IMG/VR virus record: IMGVR_UViG_3300034091_000431
Reading direction: 5' to 3' (one strand)
DNA from: an uncultured virus (IMG/VR IMGVR_UViG_3300034091_000431)
Lineage: Duplodnaviria; Heunggongvirae; Uroviricota; Caudoviricetes
DNA length: 64,000 bases
Below the pieces are notes generated by a model. The model worked only from the letters and a program-made list of their open reading frames with translations, was not told the DNA's origin and made no database searches. Within the stretch, counting starts at the first letter, position 1, and the number at the start of each line of letters is the position of its first letter. The position numbers were made by a program, and so were the translations under genes. Below, piece by piece: positions 8,346-15,775 of the stretch.

Positions 8346-8420
8346 AGCGCCTGGCTGGACTCGAACCAGCTACCAACAACATCTACGGTGTTGCTGCTCT
8401 GCCATTTGAGCTACAGGCGC
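8346..8420 (-). tRNA. atypical tRNA, anticodon GTA (Tyr-reading), identity uncertain
   Basis: GCGCCTG/CAGGCGC acceptor, GCTC/GAGC D-stem, CAACA-CCGTAGA-TGTTG anticodon arm, GCTGG-TTCGAGT-CCAGC T-arm; no encoded CCA. Confidence 0.75.
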
Positions 8421-8424
8421 ATCG

Positions 8425-8507
8425 TGGGCCCCCGGGGAATTGAACCACCGGACCTCCCGCGGATCGCAAGCGACGCGCAGGTGCTCTGGCCTCTGAGCTA
8501 GGAGCCC
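8425..8507 (-). ncRNA. tRNA-like RNA with elongated anticodon arm and no canonical 7-nt loop
   Basis: GGGCTCC/GGGGCCC-A acceptor, GCTC/GAGC D-stem, GGTTCAATTCC T-loop; central arm CCTGCG-CG-TCG-CTTG-CGA-TC-CGCGGG. Confidence 0.7.
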
Positions 8508-8513
8508 TCGAAT

Positions 8514-8822
8514 TTAGCGAAGCCTCGGAAGACACGAGACGTATCTCCCTACCACCCCCTTCCTGCCGGGCTTCAAGCCCACGGCGGTCAGCTGGCCGGC
8601 GAACGGCCCGTCGTTTTCGACGACGCGAGAGAACACGACACCGGCGAGCTCCAATCGCGAAGCCTCCGCGAACAGGTGCGCTTCGTCTCTCACGGCCAGG
8701 ACGACGACGTACATCCCGTCCGGATGCGGCTCGATGAGCGACTGGCCGATGGCGTGACCAAGCTGCGCTTCTCGAAAGCCGTCCGGCAGATCGCGCCGAA
8801 CAATCACGTAGTGGCACAGCAC
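8514..8822 (-). CDS. peptidyl-tRNA hydrolase PTH2/PTRHD1-like protein
   Basis: YVIVRRDL...AQLGHA...VVVLAV-x-E...GQLTAVGLKP...LPRL pattern of the PTH2 fold. Confidence 0.75.
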   Translation of the reverse strand: MLCHYVIVRRDLPDGFREAQLGHAIGQSLIEPHPDGMYVVVLAVRDEAHLFAEASRLELAGVVFSRVVENDGPFAGQLTAVGLKPGRKGVVGRYVSCLPRLR

Positions 8823-8897
8823 GTCCGACTGGACGGGTGCGCGGCGCTCAGCCGCAGTCGTGTAGTCGAGAATCGGGAACGGGATCCATCGCGAGTG

Positions 8898-8926
8898 ATG
8901 GTGTGGTCTCCGGCGGAGGCTGTCAA
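8898..8926 (-). promoter_or_regulatory. sigma70-like promoter of the PTH2/tRNA operon
   Basis: TTGACA-17-CACCAT on the minus strand. Confidence 0.55.
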
Positions 8927-8928
8927 GC

Positions 8929-9168
8929 CTACGGCCCTCTTCTCAGATACTTGAACAGCACCCACGGACCGCACACCGCGGCAAAAAGAAGCATCACGAT
9001 CAAAATGCCGCGAGTGTTGCGGTCGTACTCCGCCTGATCATCGGAATCGGTAACGCGGTCTGCAAGATCATCGACCGTCGCACGAACCCTGTCTCGATCG
9101 AGAGCGAGGGGAAACAAGCCTGAGAAGCACCAGTAACCGATCAAGACAGGGACAATCGGAGCCATCAC
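8929..9168 (-). CDS. small two-TM membrane protein
   Basis: Two hydrophobic segments; overlaps the upstream stop. Confidence 0.55.
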   Translation of the reverse strand: MMAPIVPVLIGYWCFSGLFPLALDRDRVRATVDDLADRVTDSDDQAEYDRNTRGILIVMLLFAAVCGPWVLFKYLRRGP

Positions 9169-9398
9169 TTCGCCGGCAGCTGCGGATGCACCGTCGGTTC
9201 ACCCGCCATCGTCCCGGCAGCGAACGCCCCGACCACTGCACCCGCCGCCGCACCGGTCGCCATGGCGTCCGCGACATTCGTGCCGCCGTAGTACTTGCGA
9301 GGCGCGTGCTGAGCGACGACCTTCCCCGCGTACGCGCCGACGACGCCGCCGAAGAGGGCACCTACCGCGCTCCAGAGCCCTGTTTTGGCGTTCGACAT
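9165..9398 (-). CDS. glycine-zipper membrane protein
   Basis: MSNAKTGLWSAVGALFGGVVGAYAG...GAAAGAVVGAFAAG. Confidence 0.65.
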   Translation of the reverse strand: MSNAKTGLWSAVGALFGGVVGAYAGKVVAQHAPRKYYGGTNVADAMATGAAAGAVVGAFAAGTMAGEPTVHPQLPAK

Positions 9399-9519
9399 GA
9401 AGTCAAGCCTACGGTAGGCTTCTTTCACGCGCAAGAAGGGTGTGGTGCGGCGGGAAATCCGCCGCCGGGGTTGCCCCTTTCTAACCCAAGTGAATCCCCT
9501 TCCGGCGCGTATCCGAACC

Positions 9520-9756
9520 ATGGAAACCATCTCCCTCAACGGTCGCCGAGTCCCCGGCTTCGCCCTCGGTCAAGCCTCTGCCGACACGGTCAAGTTCGCG
9601 GTCACCCCCGCCGTCGCCGCCGTCTCGGTAGGCGTCACCGCGGGGCTACTCGCCGCCGTCCTTCATGCTCCCTTGTGGGCTACCCTCGTCACTGGCAGCG
9701 CTGCGGCGCTCGTGACGAAGGTCGGCATCGACAAGGCCGCCGATAAGACGGCCTAA
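9520..9756 (+). CDS. two-TM membrane protein, GFALG-leader family
   Basis: METISLNGRRVPGFALGQ followed by two hydrophobic helices. Confidence 0.75.
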   Translation: METISLNGRRVPGFALGQASADTVKFAVTPAVAAVSVGVTAGLLAAVLHAPLWATLVTGSAAALVTKVGIDKAADKTA

Positions 9757-9908
9757 CGGCGTTTGTCGTAGTCCGCCAGCCCCCGGAATACGCGATCTTC
9801 CCGCTTGAGTACCGCCGCGAAAGCGTGCCGAAACTCCTCGTCCGTCATGTACGCATCCTCGGGCTCCGGCTCGGACTCAATCGCGGTGGTTCTGTCGTTC
9901 TCGTTCAT
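9753..9908 (-). CDS. small hypothetical protein
   Basis: MNENDRTT... after GAGGGG; overlaps the upstream stop. Confidence 0.45.
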   Translation of the reverse strand: MNENDRTTAIESEPEPEDAYMTDEEFRHAFAAVLKREDRVFRGLADYDKRR

Positions 9909-10132
9909 GGTCGCCCCCTCTTCCACCGCCTCCACACCGCATCCGCGCACCACCCGACGCCTGCGCCCAGGACCGCTCCGGGCGGCCCCGCGATAGCGGC
10001 CCCGAGGCCGCACCCGACCGCCGAGAGCACGAAGCCCTCCCTGCCCATGTGCGGCACGGCCGGGGGAGGTGGCGCCTTGATCGGCTCGCGCTTGGCGAGC
10101 TCGAGGATGGGGTCGTCGGGAGGAGTGTTCAC
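9905..10132 (-). CDS. small glycine-zipper membrane protein
   Basis: GCGLGAAIAGPPGAVLGAGVGW followed by a basic tail. Confidence 0.6.
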   Translation of the reverse strand: MNTPPDDPILELAKREPIKAPPPPAVPHMGREGFVLSAVGCGLGAAIAGPPGAVLGAGVGWCADAVWRRWKRGRP

Positions 10133-10274
10133 GGATTGTTCAGATCCAGTAGCTCAGGTTTCCCGTCGAGCCAAATCTCCCCGCCCCTCTCTTCGACGTA
10201 CGTCAGACGGCTGACGCTCACGTTCCACTGCTTCGCCCAGAACGCGAGAATCTCGTACACGACGTCGGGAGGCA

Positions 10275-10697
10275 TCAGTTGAGCGTCACCATGTCACTTT
10301 CAGGCGTGCTCGCCGACGTCGTCTCGTACGGCGTCGCGTAGATGACGACCATCACGGGGATCCCCTGGTGCCTCGTGATGACGAGCCACATCGCCTCCGA
10401 CGTGAACGGCAACTTCATGATCGCGTGCGCCGTCCGCTCGGCGAGCGCCCGAGCGATGAGCGGTAAGGGCTTGCCGTTCAGGCCATCGCGCATCTCCTTG
10501 ACGAACGTCATGCGCGTCTTCGCACTGAAGCCGCTCGGGTCCGACTCGGAAGCCACGAGCACGATGTCGCCCGTCTTGAACGTCTGCCTGGCAGCTCGAT
10601 ACGAGGCGAGGATGTCCGTCGGCGTGAAGAGCTTGCCGACGAGAGCCTTGCAGTCGTCGGTCGTGCCGGGGGCGAACTCGAGACCCGTTTTGAGCAT
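10275..10697 (-). CDS. hypothetical protein
   Basis: 140-aa ORF with GC3-rich codon use; divergent from the helicase. Confidence 0.65.
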   Translation of the reverse strand: MLKTGLEFAPGTTDDCKALVGKLFTPTDILASYRAARQTFKTGDIVLVASESDPSGFSAKTRMTFVKEMRDGLNGKPLPLIARALAERTAHAIMKLPFTSEAMWLVITRHQGIPVMVVIYATPYETTSASTPESDMVTLN

Positions 10698-10737
10698 GAC
10701 CGGATGGTAGCGCGCCGCCGGTCGTAGGTCTACCGTC

Positions 10738-10766
10738 TTGACATGACGTCACATCAAGTCAACGAT
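10738..10766 (+). promoter_or_regulatory. sigma70-like promoter with imperfect palindromic operator (homologous to 6378)
   Basis: TTGACA-17-AACGAT; CATGACGTCACATCAAG at 10742-10758. Confidence 0.6.
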
Positions 10767-10772
10767 GCCGGA

Positions 10773-12290
10773 ATGCAAGAGGCTCCCGAACAACAGATCA
10801 CCAGAGAAAAACTGCGCGACTACCAGAAGCGCGCCGTTCGCGACGTCGAGCGAGCCTGGAAGGATCACCGAAGCGTTCTCCTCGTCGAATTCATGGGCGC
10901 TGGCAAGACAGTCGAAGCGGCCGAGATCATCCGCCAGCACGTGGCGCGCGGCGAACGAGTCCTCGTGCTGGCGCATCGAGGAGAAATTCTCAAACAAACC
11001 CGCCGCAAGCTAATCTCGGCCGGCATCCCTGCGGAGTCGATCGGATTCATCTGGGCCGACGGAACTCTCAACGCTGACGCACCGGTGCAAGTAGCGAGTG
11101 TGATGACTCTCGCGCGTCGCAGCGCTCCCGAGAACATCGGACTGTTAGTAGTCGACGAAGCTCACCACTCCCAAGCCAAAAGCTGGCGCAAGATCTTCAG
11201 CTGGTACCCAAACGCAAAGGTGCTCGGTCTGACAGCCACTCCAGAACGCCTAGACGGCAAACCGTTGCGCGAGTTTTTCGAGACCATGGTTCTGGGAGAA
11301 CCATGCGAGAGCCTCATCGAGGCCGGATGGATCACGCAGCCCGAAATCTGGACGCGCGAAGACGCGTGGCGCCCGACAGAGCTGCGAACGAATAAAGGCG
11401 ACTACTCCGCGAATAACGCAGCCAAGGCAATGGGTCGAAGCACGATCGTCGGGGGTATCCCCGCGGCGTACCTGAAGCACGCTCGAGGACTGCCGGCAGT
11501 CGGCTTCGCGGCGACCAAGGATCAGGCTACCACCCTCTGTATTGCCTTCTGCGCAAAAGGCGTCGCCAGCGAGACCTTGTTCGACAGTCACGACGAAAAG
11601 CAACGGGAGGCGATCCTGAAAGGCCTGTCGTCAGGGAAAACATCAGTCATCTGGACGTGCGACGTCATCAGCGAAGGGTGGGACTTTCCGAGCGCGAGAT
11701 GCGTCATCATGGCGCGCCCGACCGCAAGCGTTGCGAGGTACATGCAGTGGAGTGGTCGCTGTATGCGCCCCGGCAGTCGGTCAATCATCCTGGACCATGC
11801 GGGAAACTACGCCGTCCACGGACCTCCGTGGGAGGATAGGGAGTGGTCACTCGACGGACGTCCGCCTCCCACAAAAATGATCGCTCAGGTAGATGCAACT
11901 GGAGGGGTCTCGTTTCTGGAACCGATCGAGGTAGCAGGACGACTCGTTCGGGCCGACATCGCTCGGAGGCAGACGGTGTGTGCAGGATGGAATGGACCGT
12001 GTCCTAAAAATAAGAAACCGCCAAAAGGTGCATTCGACCCTAGCACCATTAGAAAAAGACATGACCGACCATGGAGATGTATCGGCTGCGGGTCGCGCAT
12101 GGCGATAGACTCTATGACCCCAGAAGAACTAAGCGAACGATCTCGAAAACCGAGTAAAGTCAAGACTTCCGATGAACTGAAAGAAATAGGCCGTACTTTG
12201 GCAAAATCGCGCACCAAAATGACTCAACAACAGCGAAGCGAAGCCTGTCGCAAGGCGTGGATCACGAGGCACAAAAATGACCCGAAGTGA
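10773..12290 (+). CDS. SF2 DEAH-type helicase with C-terminal Cys-rich/basic repeat extension
   Basis: GAGKT, LVLAHR, VVDEAHH, LTATPERLDG, ISEGWDFP, QWSGRCMR. Confidence 0.9.
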   Translation: MQEAPEQQITREKLRDYQKRAVRDVERAWKDHRSVLLVEFMGAGKTVEAAEIIRQHVARGERVLVLAHRGEILKQTRRKLISAGIPAESIGFIWADGTLNADAPVQVASVMTLARRSAPENIGLLVVDEAHHSQAKSWRKIFSWYPNAKVLGLTATPERLDGKPLREFFETMVLGEPCESLIEAGWITQPEIWTREDAWRPTELRTNKGDYSANNAAKAMGRSTIVGGIPAAYLKHARGLPAVGFAATKDQATTLCIAFCAKGVASETLFDSHDEKQREAILKGLSSGKTSVIWTCDVISEGWDFPSARCVIMARPTASVARYMQWSGRCMRPGSRSIILDHAGNYAVHGPPWEDREWSLDGRPPPTKMIAQVDATGGVSFLEPIEVAGRLVRADIARRQTVCAGWNGPCPKNKKPPKGAFDPSTIRKRHDRPWRCIGCGSRMAIDSMTPEELSERSRKPSKVKTSDELKEIGRTLAKSRTKMTQQQRSEACRKAWITRHKNDPK

Positions 12291-12441
12291 CCCCACCGTC
12301 CTCCGCCTAGCCGCCGAAGCCGACTGCGACCCTCGCAGCGCTCTCGCCGTGCTCGAAGGAAAAACCGTTCGTCAGCGCGTGCAGGCGCGCATCGAGGCTG
12401 CCGCCAAACGGCTCAGGATGAAGCTGCCGAAGTCTTTCTAG
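12277..12441 (+). CDS. stand-alone LacI-like HTH protein, copy 2
   Basis: Manual translation MTRSDPTVLRLAAEADCDPRSALAVLEGKTVRQRVQARIEAAAKRLRMKLPKSF. Confidence 0.75.
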   Translation: MTRSDPTVLRLAAEADCDPRSALAVLEGKTVRQRVQARIEAAAKRLRMKLPKSF

Positions 12442-12743
12442 GGATCTGTAGTCGGTCGCCTCACCCATCCCGCACGCTCGCAGGGAGCATTACACGCCTG
12501 AATGGTCCCCCCTTCGAACATGCAGGCCAGCCAAGGGTCTTTTCCTGTCGCGAGCTCGGCGGCGACCGCGTCGCTGCTGCCAGGAGCAAGGCAGCCCGAG
12601 TCTTCCAGCTCCACTGCGACTTGATCCGCCGTGAGCGGCGCCGCCGCGGGCTTGCACGCCAGCACGCACACCGCTCCGATCGAACCGGCGACGATGAGGA
12701 GCGCGATCGCCCCGAAGACGAAGTCCTTCACGACTTCGGCCAT
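12438..12743 (-). CDS. membrane/lipoprotein-like Cys-rich protein
   Basis: N-terminal hydrophobic stretch ending VLAC; several Cys. Confidence 0.55.
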   Translation of the reverse strand: MAEVVKDFVFGAIALLIVAGSIGAVCVLACKPAAAPLTADQVAVELEDSGCLAPGSSDAVAAELATGKDPWLACMFEGGTIQACNAPCERAGWVRRPTTDP

Positions 12744-14026
12744 CCTGCCGTCAGACCCGCCGTCACGGCTGCGATGGCGTCCGACTGGCGCTGAAGAGGG
12801 TCACCGGCCTGAATTCCTTGCGCAGCCCACGCGAGCGCCTGAGCCAGCGTCGGAACCGTTCCGGGAGCTCCCGGCGGTACCGGAGGCGGCGGAGTCGCCG
12901 CAGCGCCTGTCGCCCACGCCGCGACGGCGTCGATGAACCCCGCACCGTTCGGTGAGCCGAGCCCCGTCGCCGGATCCCACCCGGGGGTCGCAGGACTCCC
13001 GTCCGAACCGTTGATGATGTCGTTGCATGCGGTCGCCGATGCGAAGTAAACCGACAGTGCTGTCACGCCGCTACCGGCCGCCTTCGCGACGCCCTTCGCG
13101 ACCGCGATGAGAGCGGCCGTGAACGGCGAAGACGCCGACGTACCGCCGACGACCGTCCAGGAACCGTTGGCGGACATCTGCCAACCGCTGTTCGGGTCCG
13201 CATTGGCGGAGGTGTCCGGAACCCCTCGTCCGACCGCGCTGCTCGGGATGATCCCGACCTGCCAGGCCGGCACGGCAACGGTCGGGTCGAACCCGCCGCC
13301 CCCACCCTCGTCGCCCGGCTGGCCGTCGCCCCACGCCTCCTCATTCGCGCGGCTGCCGTCCGCGTTGACGAAGAGCTCCGTGCCGCCCACCGCCCAGACG
13401 TTCGGATCCGAGCACGGGTAGTCCGCGCTCGGCGCCGAGGTCCCGTCGTCGATCGAGTTGTCGCCGCTCGCGGCGCAGAAGCACACACCGGCAGCGACGG
13501 CGTCCGCGAACGCTTGCGCGAGGGTGACCCGCTCGGTCGGATCCCACCCGCTGGCGGCCGAGCCCCAGCTCCACGAGCAGACCTCGCAGCCGGCGGCGAC
13601 GAGGTCGTTCGTGACGTCCGTCATCCCTCCCGAAGCGTTCGGACCGAAGCAGATGGTAATGTCGGCCGCCGTGCCGGTGAGCCACCACCAGGTGAAGGCC
13701 ATGGTGGGGATCAGATCCAACATATTCTCAATATTGGAGTCCTGGTCAGACGGGTCGTTTTTCCCACCAGCCACCGTACGCACCGTGATGTTAGGAGCAA
13801 GCAGACCCCAAATGGCCACTGAGTTGTCTATGTCTTGCTGGACAACTCCACCTCCGAGTGAACCGATACCGAGCTTCATGGGCGCAGCGCCGGCGTACTG
13901 GTTTTGACGAAAACCGTACGCGGTCAGGATCTGCGCTGGAGACAGCGTACCAGCGGGAAAATTGACAGCGCTGGAGAGGCGAACACCACGAAGGCGCGGA
14001 TGATGACGCAGGTAATTGTGTTTCAT
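12728..14026 (-). CDS. S53 (sedolisin/kumamolisin-like) serine peptidase, catalytic domain only
   Basis: ENMLD (Glu/Asp), AASGD (oxyanion Asp), RGVPD, GGTSAS (Ser), GWDPATGLGSP Ca-binding motif. Confidence 0.9.
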   Translation of the reverse strand: MKHNYLRHHPRLRGVRLSSAVNFPAGTLSPAQILTAYGFRQNQYAGAAPMKLGIGSLGGGVVQQDIDNSVAIWGLLAPNITVRTVAGGKNDPSDQDSNIENMLDLIPTMAFTWWWLTGTAADITICFGPNASGGMTDVTNDLVAAGCEVCSWSWGSAASGWDPTERVTLAQAFADAVAAGVCFCAASGDNSIDDGTSAPSADYPCSDPNVWAVGGTELFVNADGSRANEEAWGDGQPGDEGGGGGFDPTVAVPAWQVGIIPSSAVGRGVPDTSANADPNSGWQMSANGSWTVVGGTSASSPFTAALIAVAKGVAKAAGSGVTALSVYFASATACNDIINGSDGSPATPGWDPATGLGSPNGAGFIDAVAAWATGAAATPPPPVPPGAPGTVPTLAQALAWAAQGIQAGDPLQRQSDAIAAVTAGLTAGWPKS

Positions 14027-14430
14027 GAACTCACTCCGTCTGGTTTGGACAACGTCGAAAACATCGGCCCTGCTCCACCTGGAGCTTCGGTCAGCTGCCC
14101 CGCGCGCAAGCCGCGCGCTAACACATTGAGCGCCGCATTGTGGTCACGGTGTGCGACGAAACCGCAACCGCAACGGTGTTCCCGTTGCCGCAACTGTTTC
14201 TTCACAACCGTTCCGCACGCGGAACACGTTTGCGACGTCCAGCGCGGATCTACAGGTACGCACCACACCGAGAAGCACCAGTTGCAGCGGACGACCGTGG
14301 AGTCGCCCCTCTTCGGGGGAGCCGGTTTCAACGACTCTAGCGCCTGCTCCCTCGCGAAATAGCACTCCTCGCACCGGCACGGACAGGACGCGCTGTCGGT
14401 GCAGTCGCCTACCAGGCAGTGGATGGTCAT
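14023..14430 (-). mobile_element. TnpB/IS605 OrfB C-terminal Zn-ribbon remnant fused to a Cys-rich N-terminus
   Basis: VDPRWTSQTCSACG...REHRCGCGFVAHRDHNAALNV; RuvC-I and RuvC-II absent. Confidence 0.75.
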
Positions 14431-14437
14431 CGGAAAC

Positions 14438-14695
14438 CTACTGTCCGCACGTGCAAACCGCCTCGCTGTCGAGCATCGCAGGACACGGCGGATGGTGTCC
14501 GGGCCGCACCTTCGGAAGCGCCCGCTCGGCAAGTAGCTGCGCCTTCAGCATGACGACGCAGTCCTCGGGACCGTGCGCCTTGCCGGTAAACTGCTCGGTC
14601 GGTACCCATCCACCGTTGCCCCAAAACTTGTCGTACAAGAGGGCGCCGCAGTCATGGCACGGCGGGCGCTGACGGTCTTTTAGCTCTTCACTCAT
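14438..14695 (-). CDS. small Cys/His-rich hypothetical protein
   Basis: ORF track; GAGGAG RBS. Confidence 0.5.
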   Translation of the reverse strand: MSEELKDRQRPPCHDCGALLYDKFWGNGGWVPTEQFTGKAHGPEDCVVMLKAQLLAERALPKVRPGHHPPCPAMLDSEAVCTCGQ

Positions 14696-14728
14696 TAGGT
14701 AGTCTCCTCGTGATTCTCTGCGCGCAGG

Positions 14729-14965
14729 TTATCGCCTCAGTTGCCGCTCGTATAGCCGCTCGAGAGCGTCGACCCGTGCGGTTAGCCTGAGGTTCTCGAC
14801 CTTGCAGTCGATCGCCTCGTAGAGCGCCTGCTCCTCAGCGTGAAACGCTTCACCGCTGACGCGCGAGTCGACCTCGATACGTAAGCCGGCCACCATCTCC
14901 GCGAGGCGTGGCCGGTACCAGGCCGACCACACCTCGAGCGCGTGCTCCAGCCGCAACCAGTTCAT
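14729..14965 (-). CDS. hypothetical protein
   Basis: MNWLRLEHAL... within a chain of overlapping minus-strand ORFs. Confidence 0.5.
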   Translation of the reverse strand: MNWLRLEHALEVWSAWYRPRLAEMVAGLRIEVDSRVSGEAFHAEEQALYEAIDCKVENLRLTARVDALERLYERQLRR

Positions 14966-15131
14966 CCTGCGGCCTTGAGCCTCACGCCGGACTTCTCCTC
15001 GACCGGCGGCTCGGTCGAGAACCGTTGCGCGCCCATCGGAACGACGAACGCGCGGAGCTCGGCGCTCGGCGGGTCGACCCGCAGGCGAAACGGAATGGGA
15101 GCGTCTTCGGTGAGCGTGTGAGGAACGGTCT

Positions 15132-15317
15132 TCATGTCGAATTCTCCTTGGCAACGGGTTTGAAGCTAAATGTGCCGGCCGCCGAAACATCGACGTGCCT
15201 CCCGTTTTCGTTCGACGCCAGGAAGTACGGCTGGCCGTGAACGTCGTTCGAGAGCGGCCAGCCGAAGGCGAGGCCATACCAGTCCACGCGAAGATTCCGC
15301 TTCTCGGCAGGACTCAT
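15132..15317 (-). CDS. small hypothetical protein
   Basis: ATGA coupling on both sides. Confidence 0.5.
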   Translation of the reverse strand: MSPAEKRNLRVDWYGLAFGWPLSNDVHGQPYFLASNENGRHVDVSAAGTFSFKPVAKENST

Positions 15318-15775
15318 GCCACACCTCGACCCAAGGCAAAGAGCCCGATGCCGATGGCGTCCATGACGTTGTGAAGTTGTTTCGCTGGTATGTCTAGGAC
15401 GTCCACAACCTCCTTCTCCTCAGGCGACAACCGGAACCGCACACGCGCCGCGCAATTCTCCTTGGACAGGTTCCCTTTCCACTGGTGCGGGAACACGGTG
15501 CTGACTTCACACGTCGCACGACCAGCGTAGCGACCGGCCAAGAAGGCGAGCGTGATGAGGTCGTTCGGGGGCACCGGGTGCGCCGGATAGATCTGGGGGA
15601 TCTCGATGACCACACGCAGCGCGAGCTCGGTTGGGGGATCGCCGAGGCCGCAGCCGAGGAGCTTCTCATCGAAAAGCGCCCAGCCCGTGTGCGTGCCTGG
15701 GTCGATGGCCAGTAGCACGCTCGTTCGTAGAAGAGGCGTCCCGCGACGCTTCGCGAACGGTTCCACGCGCGTCAA
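15314..15775 (-). CDS. RuvC-like Holliday junction resolvase (RNase H fold)
   Basis: LLAIDPGTHTGWA, VVIE, P-x-WKG, HNVMDAIGIG; directly follows the polymerase. Confidence 0.8.
   Translation of the reverse strand: MTRVEPFAKRRGTPLLRTSVLLAIDPGTHTGWALFDEKLLGCGLGDPPTELALRVVIEIPQIYPAHPVPPNDLITLAFLAGRYAGRATCEVSTVFPHQWKGNLSKENCAARVRFRLSPEEKEVVDVLDIPAKQLHNVMDAIGIGLFALGRGVA

Noticed and set aside
8346..8420. Amber suppressor tRNA or stop-codon reassignment
   Set aside because: The anticodon on the tRNA strand is GTA, not CTA, and TAG, TGA and TAA all terminate well-defined genes in this window.
3897..9570. GFALG-coding DNA repeats as CRISPR repeats, attC sites or DGR template/variable repeats
   Set aside because: Differences fall mainly at synonymous positions, spacing is gene-sized, and no reverse transcriptase or integron integrase is seen in the window.
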